A stretch of 64,000 nt of DNA. Source: Lama guanicoe (lineage: Eukaryota). The DNA lies in contig MU053482.1 of the NCBI GenBank assembly GCA_013239625.1, forward strand, positions 124,001 to 188,000, in the 5' to 3' direction. Each line of letters opens with the position of its first letter. The stretch's first letter is position 1. Below are positions 13,964 to 25,769 of the stretch, in pieces. The notes under the pieces are model-generated. The model searched no databases. It was not told where the DNA came from and worked only from the letters and a program-made list of their open reading frames with translations. The translations under genes were made by a program, and so were the position numbers.

Positions 13964-14274
13964 CACCAAATACAACCATCTATTTGAGGAAAAGCAACAT
14001 GAAAGAGTGGCATTAAAGTTGCTAAGCACAAATCACATCTAAAAAGATAGAATTAATTTAACAATATCAAACAAACAAAACTGGTCTCAAGGTAACCTTT
14101 ATGCTAACTCTCTACTTCAGGAATACAGTTGCCCATTCCTCCATGTCTAGAGGTGGTGACATGTCCTGTTGTAAGTCCTAAGTAACTACACTATCACTTA
14201 GGAACTCTTAAGGGCCAAATCTTTATTAATTGTCCCTCTGTAAGTAATCCCTTCTCAAATTATTCCAATTTGAG

Positions 14275-15110
14275 AAAGCAGGTTTTGGCCAGGATGTGGA
14301 GAAAAGGGAATACCTGTGCCCTGTTGGTGGGAATGAAAATTGGAGCAGCCATTAAGGGAGACGGTATGAAGTTCCTCAAAAAATTAAAAACAGAACTAAA
14401 GTATCACTCAGCAATTCCACTTCTGATATTTATCCAAAGAAAAAGAAAACACTAATTTGAAAACATCCTTGCACCCCCATGTTCACTGCAGCTTTACTTA
14501 CAATATCCAAGACGTGGAAGCCACCTAAGTGTCCATTTATGGATGAATGGATAAAGAAAAAAATGTGGTGTATATATACAATGCAATACTATTCAGCCAT
14601 AAGAAAGAATCTTGTCATTTGTGACAATATGGATGGAACTTGAGGGCATCATGCTAGGTGAAATAAGTCAGACAGAGAAATATGAGTACCTATGATCTAA
14701 CTTATATGTGGAATCAAAAAACAACAAAATACAAAAAAAAAAACAGGATTGTAGATACCGACAACAGTTTGGTGGCTGCTGGGGGGAAGGGGGTTGGAGG
14801 GAAGGGGGTCGGGGGAAGGGGCAAAATGAGGGAAGAGGGTCAAAAGATACAGACTTCCAGTTATAAAATAAGTCATGGGAATGTAATGTATAGCATGGTG
14901 ACTATAGTTAATCATTGCATATCTGAAAGTTGCTAAGAGAAAGTAACTCTTAAGGTCTTCATCACACACATACACACACTCTTTACAGTGATCAATGTTA
15001 ACTAAACTCATTGTGGTGATCATTTTGCAATATATACAACTGGTGAATCATTATGTTGTACATCTGAAACTAATATAATGTTATATATGGATTATACATC
15101 AATAATTTTT
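14275..15110 (+). mobile_element. L1 3' end (L1MA9-like) with a degenerate 17-bp TSD
   Basis: ORF2 C-terminus and 3'UTR with G-rich tract 14780-14821; flanks aattattccaatttgag (14258-14274) and aattctcctaatttgag (15111-15127) match at 14/17. Confidence 0.9.
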
Positions 15111-16704
15111 AATTCTCCTAATTTGAGTGGGCCATCTCTTTTCTACTGGGTCTCTTTCTACTCCAGTGTTCATTCACTCAGGCAGTATGGAAATAGTGAG
15201 CAAAAGCAGTTTTAGTTTAGAGATAAGACAAATTTTACATGGCCATAGATTAAAAAGGTGAAGAAAGGTAATATACAAAGATGACTCTTAGAAGAGGATA
15301 GGTCGGTGAAGGGCAGATCCTGGGGATACAGGATTGAGATGTGAAAGTACCATGGAAAGACCTAGGGAGAAGTATGTGGAATAGACATTCATTTTAAGTT
15401 GGCAGTCCTTAGAACATTCATTTACTGAGATGCGTGATTTGGGAGAGAGGAAGACTGTTGGCAGAGGAACAAGGGGATACTCTCAGTTCTGCTGCATCAC
15501 TTGGTTTTAACATACAAATATGTCCCAACACCAATGGTATATTACAAAACAGTTTCGGCATAGCTGAATTTCACATTTGCCTTTGTGCAATTTTGTCCAC
15601 TAATAACACTGGTTGAATGCAGGAAACTGCCTCAAACTGAAAAGAAGATGCGTAAGAGTACACCAAACACACACACACACTCCAAATATCCACTAACTAC
15701 CTCAGTTTCCTTCACAACTTTCCATCTGATTTCAGATAAAGTTCCTTTTAGTACTTCAAAATAACTCACAAGCTGCAACCCTTTTAGCTAATTCCACAAG
15801 CAAACTTTATGTCTTTCTCAAAGTAAAGTATTGTCGTCATTGTAGTATTCGTATTGTTCTTAACCATTTAAGGCGTGTAAAACGCTGCTACTGCTTATAT
15901 TCCTTTACTCTCTATTCTTTTATGTCAGTTGACAAAATGTTTAAGTACTGTGCTCCTAACTCCATTTTTCCATAAATCCTGCAGATTTCATGTGGGATTT
16001 TGCACAGCATGGTGATTTTTAAGAACTCATGTGTCATGTTAGAACAGAACAGACTGTACTTGCTACAGTGAATGGGGAGGAACCCAGGCCTAGACAGAAA
16101 GGAGAATATACTTTATTCCAACAATTCGACCTGGAAGAGCTGTCCATCTGGTGGCCCTGCTCCCCAGGACTAGGTTTGAATAGAGCTGTCCCAGAATGAC
16201 CATGACAAAACTCCAAAGTCACCAGGGTCCCGTCCAGCTGGAGTGGTAGTTGGATGACAATGAGCACTGCTATGGGATGAGCCCAGGGAGGGCAGGACCA
16301 CAGCTGTGTTGTATAACAAAAACCCCAGGAGAGGTAGGGAAAGGGACAGATTTGCTCTGAGCAACCAACAGCCAAGCAGAAGCAGCAACAGCCAGGGGAG
16401 GGGAAGAAGCCCAGAAGGAAGCTCCAGCCTGAGGATGTTTTCAGGGCCCCTCTGCAGTAATAAGTAACCCAGCTAATGTCAAGAACATGGGAGAGCAATC
16501 GGTGGAGGCAGTCCACCTACCTAGGACTCTGTCTCATCTATGAATCTGGCTCACTATCCTTGGATTTCTCAAACTGCCTTTCTTACATCAGTCTCTTCAC
16601 CTGTGTGGGGGTTAGGAGCTATATCTGGGAACAAGGTCAAAGAGATGAGGCTGAGCTCTGATTGTCCATGTTGGAAATGATGGTGCTCTCCAGCCAGAGG
16701 GAGA

Positions 16705-17404
16705 AAATTGAAACTAGAGTTACCATATGATTCAGCAATCCCACTCCTGGGCATATATCCAGAAAAGACAAAAACTCTAATTTGAAAGACACATGTACCT
16801 CAGTTGTCGTAAAACACTATATACAATAATCAAGACAGGGAAGCAACCTAAGTGGTGTCCATAAACAGATGAATGCATAAAGAAGACTTTATATATATAA
16901 TGGAATATTGCTCAGCCTTAAAAAAAGAATGAAATACTGCCATTCACAGCAACATGGATGGACCTAGAGAAGTAAGTCAGAGAAAGACAAATATATGACG
17001 TCATTTATATGTGGAATCTAAAAAATAATACAAATGAATTTATTTACAAAACAGACTCACAGACATAGAAAACCAATTTATCATACCAAAGAGGAAAGGA
17101 GGGAGGGATAAATTAGGAGTATAGGACTAACAGATACACACCACTATATATAAAATAAATAAACAACAGAGATTTACTACATAGCACAGGGAACTATATT
17201 CAATATCTTATAAAATCTTTAATGGATAAGAATCTGAAATATATATATAATTGATATGATATATATATTTCAATTATATATATATATGATATATATATCA
17301 TATATATATATAAACTGAATCCTTTGCTATACACCTGAAAATAGCACAATACTCTAAATCAACTATAGGGCAATTAAATAAATTAATTAAATTAAAAAAT
17401 AAAA
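16705..17404 (+). mobile_element. L1 3' end with 3'UTR and A-rich tail
   Basis: ctagagttaccatatgattcagcaatcccactcctgggc ... agcacagggaactatattcaatatctt ... aattaaaaaataaaa. Confidence 0.9.
17238..17312. repeat. (TA)n-rich quasi-palindromic microsatellite inside the L1 3'UTR
   Basis: atatatatatgatatatatatcatatatatat is self-complementary. Confidence 0.85.
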
Positions 17405-17409
17405 GCTTC

Positions 17410-18690
17410 AAGCAAAATCTCCCTATAAAATATGTCATTTTAAAAAATGCCTAACGATCAAGATTATGCTATGGGTAGACCGTCTAGTAAACACCTCAGA
17501 TGGATAAAGAAACTGAGGGCAAAATTTAAATTAAAGGTGGTACCTCTTTACTAAAGCATCATAGTTCCATTAGCCTCCATTTACTCCAGAGAGACATGCA
17601 TGGACCTGATAAAGGGGGAAATAGAGAAAATTTGATAATTATGTCTTGAAAAGATTTGGGGGCATTTTTACTGGCAAGTGAGTGGAACCAAATAAAAAAG
17701 AAATATACTAGATTTTTAATCAACATATATTAACAATCTGCTGTGAGGGCCTAGTTTTCAAGAGTTCAGCTAAGAAAAACTTTGACCATTCAAGAGTTCA
17801 CATAACTTTCAGGACCCAAGCTTTCAGCACCAGAAAGTGGGCTCAGAAAGCTGTGCTGTCCACAAGAAGGACATATTCCCCACTGCCCATTTCAGATATG
17901 ATTTAAGAAGATAACGGAAAAGAAAGGAGCTTCCAGAGAGAAACTTCCATGGGTCACAGAGAAGACTGGACAAGATAGTTTCTGCTAGAGCATCTAATTA
18001 AGAAACTTTTTCTAAGCCCAAGGTATGGAGCCTTCTCAATGTCTGCCTTTTGGGGATTTCAAAATTGCTATGAATTAATGGCTATTATGTATCTCATATT
18101 CTTCATGCGGATAAATATTCCTTTAAATCATAGTTCTCTAGACCAAGAAGAGCCTCAACCAAATCTGTTGGAGACGTTCTTGTGTATTATCTGCAGGTCC
18201 TATACTGTGAGCTGGTAAAGTGCCTGGATGGGACTTTGGGGTCTCTCCTGTGGGCAGGATTTGAGTGTGTTCTACAGATGGGAAGAGGAGAATAAAGAAA
18301 TATTAAGTTGGCAGAGACAATTAATATTCAGTGCAAATCCATGAACAGGCCTACATTTCTTACCTTCCCTTGCAGTTGAGTTGGGGCCTTTTTCAGGCAA
18401 CATGCTTAACAATGAAAATGTGAGCAAAAGTGATGGATCACTTCAAAAGCAAGGCAGTTACTCACTGGAGTGTTTCACCCTTCCTTCTCTTTCCCTGCTT
18501 TGGCAGCTCTGAAAAATGCTGAAAAGTCTTGATATGACAGCTTCACGAGTTGAAGGGATCTAGGATTCCTGAGTCACTAAATGGAAAACAGATTCTGTTG
18601 ACACACACTACACTTTAAATGAGAGAAGAATGAGTTTGTTTTGTTAATTCATTGAAATTAAGCATAGCTTTAAGCTATCCTAATACAGAC
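17410..18690 (+). mobile_element. Old MaLR internal fragment plus MLT1-type LTR
   Basis: ctacatttcttaccttcccttgcagttgagttggggcc ... agcatagctttaagctatcctaataca resembles old MLT1 LTRs; upstream part resembles MaLR internal sequence. Confidence 0.5.
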
Positions 18691-18965
18691 ATGTTTATTT
18701 TGAGATGCCTACTAGACATATAACTGAAGCAGCCAAGAAACCACTGACTATATGAATGTGGATCTCAAGGGAAAAGTCTAGGCTGGAGGTATCAATTTGG
18801 AAGTTATTCTAATTTAGAAATGGAATTGAAAGTCATACAACTATCTCTAATTAGGAAAAAAATACAGATAAAGAAGAGGACATAGAATCACAGAGTATTA
18901 GCTTGCTTCATTTGTTTAACCCCGAATACCTGTGTGATATAGCATATTTTCTATTATCAGTGACC

Positions 18966-19062
18966 AGTTTTTCATTTGTGTGTCCAGCTCAGACAATCAG
19001 CTCTGACAACCAGCCCCATAACTAGTTTTTTGTTTGTGTGTCCAGCTCAGACAACCAGCTCT
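18966..19062. repeat. Local direct repeat, two 39-bp copies with period 58
   Basis: agtttttcatttgtgtgtccagctcagacaatcagctct (18966-19004) and agttttttgtttgtgtgtccagctcagacaaccagctct (19024-19062). Confidence 0.9.
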
Positions 19063-19720
19063 CTAAGAGCAATGCCTGAGTCTGTGTCATTCAACTCATT
19101 TCCTGCATGAGTAAAGATAACTTTTTAAAATAATAATGGTGATAGTTCTTTACATATAAAATGTAATCAATATCAACTTTAGTCTTTTTCAATACCTTAA
19201 TTCAAAAAAAAGTACTCATATTCATTTGCTAATTTAATTTGTACAACAAATTTGTGGTTAGGATGACAATGGTGCTGGAGATGATGAAGGTCATCATGCC
19301 ATCTTGGAAGGTAAGCAGAAGGTAGAGAAGCCCCTGGAAATACTGGAAATCTCACACACATCAAATCTAAAACATTTTCCTCAGGCAACAAACTTCATGT
19401 TAGAATTATAGCTAACACTGAGAGCCCATTAAATGATAAGCAATGTACCAAGCAGTTTACAGATTTAATCCTTGCAAAACCCTTAGAGCATCAATACAAC
19501 TGGTTCCATTTTACAGGTTAGAACTAAATTTCCAAAAAGTGGGAAACTGCCCAAAGTCAAAGACCAGAAAGTAAGGGAGCCAGGATTTGAATCCAGATGT
19601 ATTTTATTCCAAAGCCCACGTGCTTTCTGCTGCAGCACACTATAGTGCCTAAACATGGGAATTTAGTAAGTTCTCTTTTCTCCTGCTGGTTTGAAAACTA
19701 TAATGGAACCACGAATTTTC

Positions 19721-20654
19721 TCAAGATTTCCCCCCAGTAGATAACATGTGAACAATACTGCCTCTTATCTGTTTGGTCTTTGCTCCATAGATGATAGGGT
19801 TAAGCATGGGGGTAATTAACACATAAAGATTTGCCAGAAGGATATGAATATGGTGGGGGATATTCTTGCCAAAGCAATGGGTCAGGAAGGTAAAAAAGGA
19901 TGGGATGAAAAAGATGAGAATGACTCCAGTGTGGGAACCACAAGTATTGAGAGCCTTGTGCCGGGCATCCTGGGAAGGAAGTCTAAACACAGCTTAGAGG
20001 GTCAAAGAGTAGGAAATGCCAATGAGTGCAACATCTACCAAAACTGATGCCATTGGCACCGAGAAGCCATACCAGATATTGACAGTGATATCAGCACAGG
20101 CCAATCTGGCCACCCCAATGGGCTCACAGTATGAGTGGTGGATGATATTGCAGCCTCTTCAGCAGGAATATGATAGGGAAAATGGTCCCAGTGCTCCGTC
20201 CCCAGATTGCCAGGGTCATTTTTACAATAGCAACGGGAGTTAAGACGGCTGTGTACCTCAAGGGAGTACAAATGGCCACATAGCGGTCAAACGCCATGGC
20301 CAGCAGGATTCCTGACTCAGCCACAAAGGCAACGTGAATGAAAAACATCTGAGTGATGCAGGCATCAAAGGCAATTTCCCCAGCATGGAACCAGAAGATA
20401 GCCAAGGCCTTGGGCACAGTGGTAGTGGACAGCAGGATGTCAGTGCCAGCCAGCATGGAGAGGAAGATATACATGGGTTCATGGAGCATGCGTTCATGGA
20501 GGACAACGAGGATGAGGGCTCCATTTCCCAAGACGGCAGTGATGTACATGAGACAGAATGGGATGGAAAGACAGGTGTGGTCGTTCTCCAGTCCCAGGAT
20601 GCCAAGCAGGATGAACACAGTGGGATGGAAGATGGTGAGGTTAGCGCCAAACAT
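19721..20654 (-). pseudogene. OR52B-family olfactory receptor pseudogene (position similar to human OR52B1P)
   Basis: ATG at 20654, MFGANLTIFHP...MAFDRYVAIC...LLKRL; then a ~14-nt deletion at 20151/20150 relative to OR52B2 (PFCRT lost, frameshift); the OR frame resumes NIIHHSYCEPIGVARLACADI...; in-frame TAA at 19996-19994; then [21 protein letters not shown]...PMLNPIIY to the stop at 19721. Confidence 0.92.
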
Positions 20655-21167
20655 ACCTGCTTTAAGAATTTCTCTATGAAGACTACAGAAAGTGGGAGTT
20701 AGTGAGCAGAATCAGCTATACGTTTTGGTAAAGTTAAACGTTAGACAATAGAATCAATCATGAATGTCTTGACTTAGAGGACACAGTGTTTTGCTTTCAC
20801 TTCCTACACTGTCATTGCAAACATAAATATAAACATAGGTGACCGACCACAACTCAGCAATGTCTAGAATCTAGACATGACTCACCATTCTCACTTACAT
20901 GCCCTTGCTCAGGCTTTGGTCATTCTTCACCTGTTCTGTTGCAATAGCTTCCTAACTAATCTAGTCTCCTCCTCTCTCAGCTTCCCATCCTCGACCTCTC
21001 CACAGGCATCAGCTATGTTGCAGCCTGGGTGGTATGCTTAAAAACAAAAAATCTTTCTGTGTTTTCTCTTACAACCCTTGTATAATGATTTATTGATTAC
21101 AAGATAAAGCCCAAAGTTCTTGGGAATGCCAAGCCTTCCACAATCCCATTGTTAATCTCTTCTCTGG

Positions 21168-22015
21168 CTTTTTTTTTTTTTTTTGACTGGATCACCATGT
21201 CCTTCCTTTTTATGGCCAAACATCCCACCGCATGGATATACATTTTATATATCCATTAATCAGTTAATTGACACTTGGATTTTTTTCACTTTTTGGCTAT
21301 CATGAATAATGCTGCTATGAATATTCATGTATAAGTTTCTGTGTGGATATTTTTTCATTTCTCTTGGGTATATTCCTAGGAATGGAAAACCTGTCAAACT
21401 GTTTTCCAAAGTGGCTATATCATTTATATTCCCAGCAATAACGTACAAGGATTTCACTTTTTCCACATTCTCAACACTTATTACCATATGACTTTGATGA
21501 CAGCTTTCTTCATGGTGTGAAGTGGTATCTCACTGTGATTTTGATTTGCATTTCCCTAATGACTAATGATGTCGAGCATCTTTTCTTGTGCTTATTGGCC
21601 ACTGTACATCTCTTGTGGAAAAACATCTATTCAAATCTATTGCCCATTTAAAAAAAATTTATTGTTGAGTAAGTATGTCTTCATTTCTCCATCTAGGAGT
21701 GGAATTGCTGGGTCACATGATAGCTCTGTATTTAACCTTAAATATTTTTAAAAACTGCCAGACTGTTTTCAAAGACAGCTGCATCATTTTACATTCTCAC
21801 CAGCAGTATATTAGGGTTCCAATTTTGCCACATTCTCACTTGGTATTATTTCTTATCTGTCTCGACTGTAGCCACCTCAGGGAGCATGAAGTGGTATCTT
21901 AATGAAGTTTTAAGTTGTATTCCTCTGACTGCTATTGATGTTAACCATCTTTTCATGTCCTTATTGGTCATTTGTAAATCTTGTTTGGAAAAACTCTGTT
22001 CAGATCCTTTGCCTA
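21168..22015 (-). mobile_element. Two adjacent antisense old L1 3' fragments covering overlapping ORF2 C-terminal sequence
   Basis: Poly-T at 21168-21184; the segment aactgttttc...gaagtggtatct...ttgccc occurs twice in diverged form (~21400-21650 and ~21750-22015). Confidence 0.8.
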
Positions 22016-23789
22016 TCCTTAGGCTGTGAAATCTATTTTGCTTTTAGATAGATAGTTCTGTGCCAACTGATTACATTCTGCATAGTAGGTTGGGATTTTT
22101 TCCTAGAGCAAGCCAGGTCTTTATCTACTGTAGCAAATTCATCAAGGCTTTGAAAGAGTTAGCATCTACTCAGAAGTCATGTCATATGGTATAAAACGAA
22201 GATTTGATTCAGTACAGACTCTCTAAGAAGAAATTTTATTTGAAATTTTGCTTTCAAATTTTGAAGCACTACAGGACAAAGTGGGATTTGAGAGCAGCTT
22301 AGAACTGAGTGCTAAGCCATTATCTAGGTAAAGTGTAACAATATTAATTTTAAGAGACAAAGTACAAAGCTTTACTTTGATTATTTAAAATCATGTTTAA
22401 AAACACACAAGCAAGTGGTAACTGTAGTTAATGACCACATTAACATAAAATTGAATACAATCCAACTTTCACTAATTATGGGATAATTAAAATTACACTT
22501 TTAGCTAAAAATAATGCTTTTAATTCTTTACTTTTTTTTCCACAAGCATCACTGAACAACATAAGCAGGTAATTAAAAACATAATCTACAAAATATCTTT
22601 ACTTGAAATGTAAAAAGCCAAAAAATCCAAAGTCAAATAAATATGTACAATTGTGGGGCCCTACATCATCTTATGAGTAAAAATGCTACAGGTAGAGTGA
22701 GGGACAAGAAAGATAATATAATGAAATGGGAAAATGCCAGCCTGGATGCCCAGAGACAAAGTCTCTCACTTAGAGTAAATTACCTAATCTCTCTGGACCT
22801 CAGGTTCCAAATCTGTGAAATGAAAACATGCAGACATATGGATGTCTGAGGCCTATCTCTACACGTCCTATTAATCTGCAGTGTCTAAAGGCAGAGTACA
22901 TCCATGGCATTTTCTAAGGAAACCTGTTCAGGAAAAGTCAGTCTGACAAATCAAGACTGTTCCCAATCAGGGAGTCTGATTCACCTTGAAATAAATAAAA
23001 ATTCTCAGTGCAAACACAGTCCAATCCCCAAATTGTTTGTATGTCAGCTGTATGTGCGTGTGTGAGGCTGGCACTTTCCAAGATTTCATGGTTATTTCAC
23101 AAAACAGGTTGTATCCAAAACATTTGGAAAACAACAGGTTCAACAAACTTGTGGCAGACTCTTTTAGCTGCTTAACCAAAATCCATTCTCAACTTTCTTC
23201 TCAGTTTAGCACCACTTTAGTTTGATTCAAGGCAGTGACACGTCTGGGTGATGGACTGTGACTGGCCTAAGCCCATCACTGTAATCCTGCTCTCTGCTTT
23301 CTCAGCTTCCCTTGCAGCTACAGGGGGCCAACTTATCACATACAACCATGGAATTCTCCTCTTCCCACAACTATCACCAGGGATTACTTTTCCAGAGACT
23401 GCTTTAACAGACTTATTGACATAGGCTAACTTAATTACAAATCAGATGAATACACCTACCAATAACAACCACCTAATCAACCAAAAACACCAGAATGTAT
23501 TCATCTTTTAGGCATTTCTCCCAAAACCACTTACTCTGGTTTCCTCTCAATAAATAAAAACCTGTGCATTCATTCATGTACTTGATCTTACCTTGCCCTC
23601 ATTTTTGGATTGAAAGGATTGAAAATGAAGGAAAAATCTCCTGGCCAAGGAGGAACATGTTAATTATACTTCTTGTCTATCATGAGCCTAGAGAACTCAA
23701 GAATTCTTATTTTCTGAGCATGTGAAACGTAACACTCATGTGAATCAACCTTTCAGACATAGATGTGCTGTCACATTAAAAAAAGCTGG

Positions 23790-23975
23790 AATCTAGTAAT
23801 TCTCAGACCTGTGTACCAAAATCACCTGCAATGCTTTAAAAAGAAAATTATAGGTCCCTTCCATCCATTCCACACCCCTTCTGATTTAACAGGTCTGGAG
23901 GTGGCTCGGGCATCTGTAATTTTTAAAGCCCTCCAGGTGACTCTGACAGGCAGTCGAGGTTGAAATACTGTGCTT
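23790..23975. mobile_element. MER5-like hAT-Charlie MITE
   Basis: aaaatcacctg ... catctgtaatttttaaagccctccaggtgactctga ... ggttgaaatactg. Confidence 0.55.
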
Positions 23976-24279
23976 TATAAATCGTAGAGGCTGTGACTCT
24001 TCAAGATGCTTACATGTGTGAGGCCGTAAGGCGCGGTAGAAACACCATCCTAACATACAGGGGTTCTGGTCTTGGTCTGGGACTCAGCAACTGGGTGACT
24101 TTGGGCAGATAAAACTGAGTCTTCACGTGTCCTTCAAAAGCAGGTAACTTTTGCTATGGATGCAAACACCACACGTTTATAAGAGAGCGTGGAAAATTAC
24201 AAGGAATCTGAAAACTTTTAACATAGAACTTAATGCTGCTTTTCTCTTGGTGTAATATCCCTTCCCTTTCTTGTAGGCG

Positions 24280-25340
24280 GGGAAAATCTACTGTTCCTCC
24301 AACGAAGTGCTGAGTTTAATGCTCAATGCTCGGAAGCCTTCCCTGACCCGGCCGCACACAACTGTCCCCTCGTCTGGCTTTCCGCCGCGCTCTCCGCATC
24401 ACCCCGGCCCACAGGCCTCGTTAAGGGACCACGTCCCTCACCCGCACTGGTACAGGGGCAGCTCCTGCACAGCCAGGGAGTCGGACTCTTCTCAGCACCC
24501 TCCGCGCGGGCAATGTCGGCTGACATGAACCAAATGTCCATCTGTCACCTTATCACTGAAGACACAGAAACGACCCCCCTGGAACCAGCTAGCTACTTCT
24601 CGCTCCTCTGCCAAGAGCTGAGTCTTTTTCCTTCCCCACCCTTCCACTCGTGGGGCTCCAGCACGCGGGCCAGAGGAAGCGCGGCGGCTGAGCCCCGCCG
24701 CCCAGTCACAGCGCGGACGGCCACGGGCTCGCTCTCGGGCGCGGCGCCCACGGGAGAGGGCGCCCTCTCGGCCGATCTCGTAAAGCAGGCTCTGTTACTA
24801 CCCGCGTTCTACAGCGACACGGCCCAGCTTCGGGGGCCTAAGTAACTCGCTCGACAGGTCAGAAGGCCAGGAGGAGGAGCCAGGAATACGGAAGTCGCTG
24901 CACAGCCTTAAACTTAAACCTTAAACTCTACACGCACCTTCCTCATCCCGAGAGGTTCTGACGATTCCTTGGTCCAGGAACCCGACTTCCTCGGTCCTCG
25001 CATTTGACGGCGAAGCTGGTAAAGCCGTAACCGACGGGACGGGAAGGTGGAGGAGGCCTCGTCCCAAGGGCCTGCTCCTCGCGACGCCTGGGTCGCGCCG
25101 AAGGACCCCTGAGGTCACCGCGGACTGCCGGGCCCCGCCCACCGCGCGAGGCCGCTCGGGGCCCGCCAGGGACGCCGTCGCGCGCGGCCCTCCGCCGGAA
25201 GCCTCCGCCGCAGGCGCTCCCCGCGTCTCCGGCAAGCACCTAAGGCCTGGGACCCCCGGGCCAGCGAGCGGCCGCCGCGCGCCTCAGCGCTCTCCTTCCG
25301 CGTCCCGCCCGCCCGCAGGCTCTCTCTACTCCATCTTTCA
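24280..25340. promoter_or_regulatory. CpG island / promoter-like element with no recognised gene
   Basis: Very GC- and CpG-dense (14 CpGs in 25141-25200 alone); ETS sites CGGAAGT 24889-24895 and CCGGAAG 25195-25201; GC box GCCCCGCCC 25132-25140; TCGCGA core 25079-25084; donors AAG|GTGCGT (-, after 24938) and CTG|GTAAAG (+, after 25018). Confidence 0.85.
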
Positions 25341-25769
25341 TCCCCTTTAGACGCTCGCAAAGCTGAATTACACCACCATCCATTCTCCACACAAAATCCG
25401 AGTGTTCCAACCTTCATGACCTTTGCTCAAGCGTTTCTCTTCATCAGGAACCTACTTTCTACCTTCAATATTAAAAATCCTATTGCTCTTAAGTCACAAA
25501 CTAAATATTTCTCATATGGGAAGACTTCCCAAGGTTCAAATTCTGGTTTTCCAAGTTTCTGATTATTGACAAAAAGCAAGTTTTTCACATCTCAAAAAAT
25601 GTAGCCTTTTCTGAGGAAATGGACTATTCATTCTTATTTTGCAAAGATTAAATTAAATGTTTTGTATAAACAGCCTAATATAGTGCCTGGCATAGAAAGA
25701 ATAAATAAACACTAGTTATTGTTATTCAGTGAAACAGTACACTGATTAAACTTAATAAAGTAAACTTAA

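Noticed and set aside
18966..19062. CRISPR-like repeat-spacer-repeat
   Set aside because: Only two copies, eukaryotic context, no cas genes.
24907..24927. Short ccttaaa/cttaaa repeats resembling a telomeric variant
   Set aside because: Three imperfect units, not TTAGGG; too short to support a call.
24307..25417. Overlapping 72-110 aa ORFs in the CpG island as protein-coding genes
   Set aside because: Ala/Gly/Arg/Pro-rich frames on both strands are expected in stop-poor GC-rich DNA; several lack ATG; no recognisable domain.
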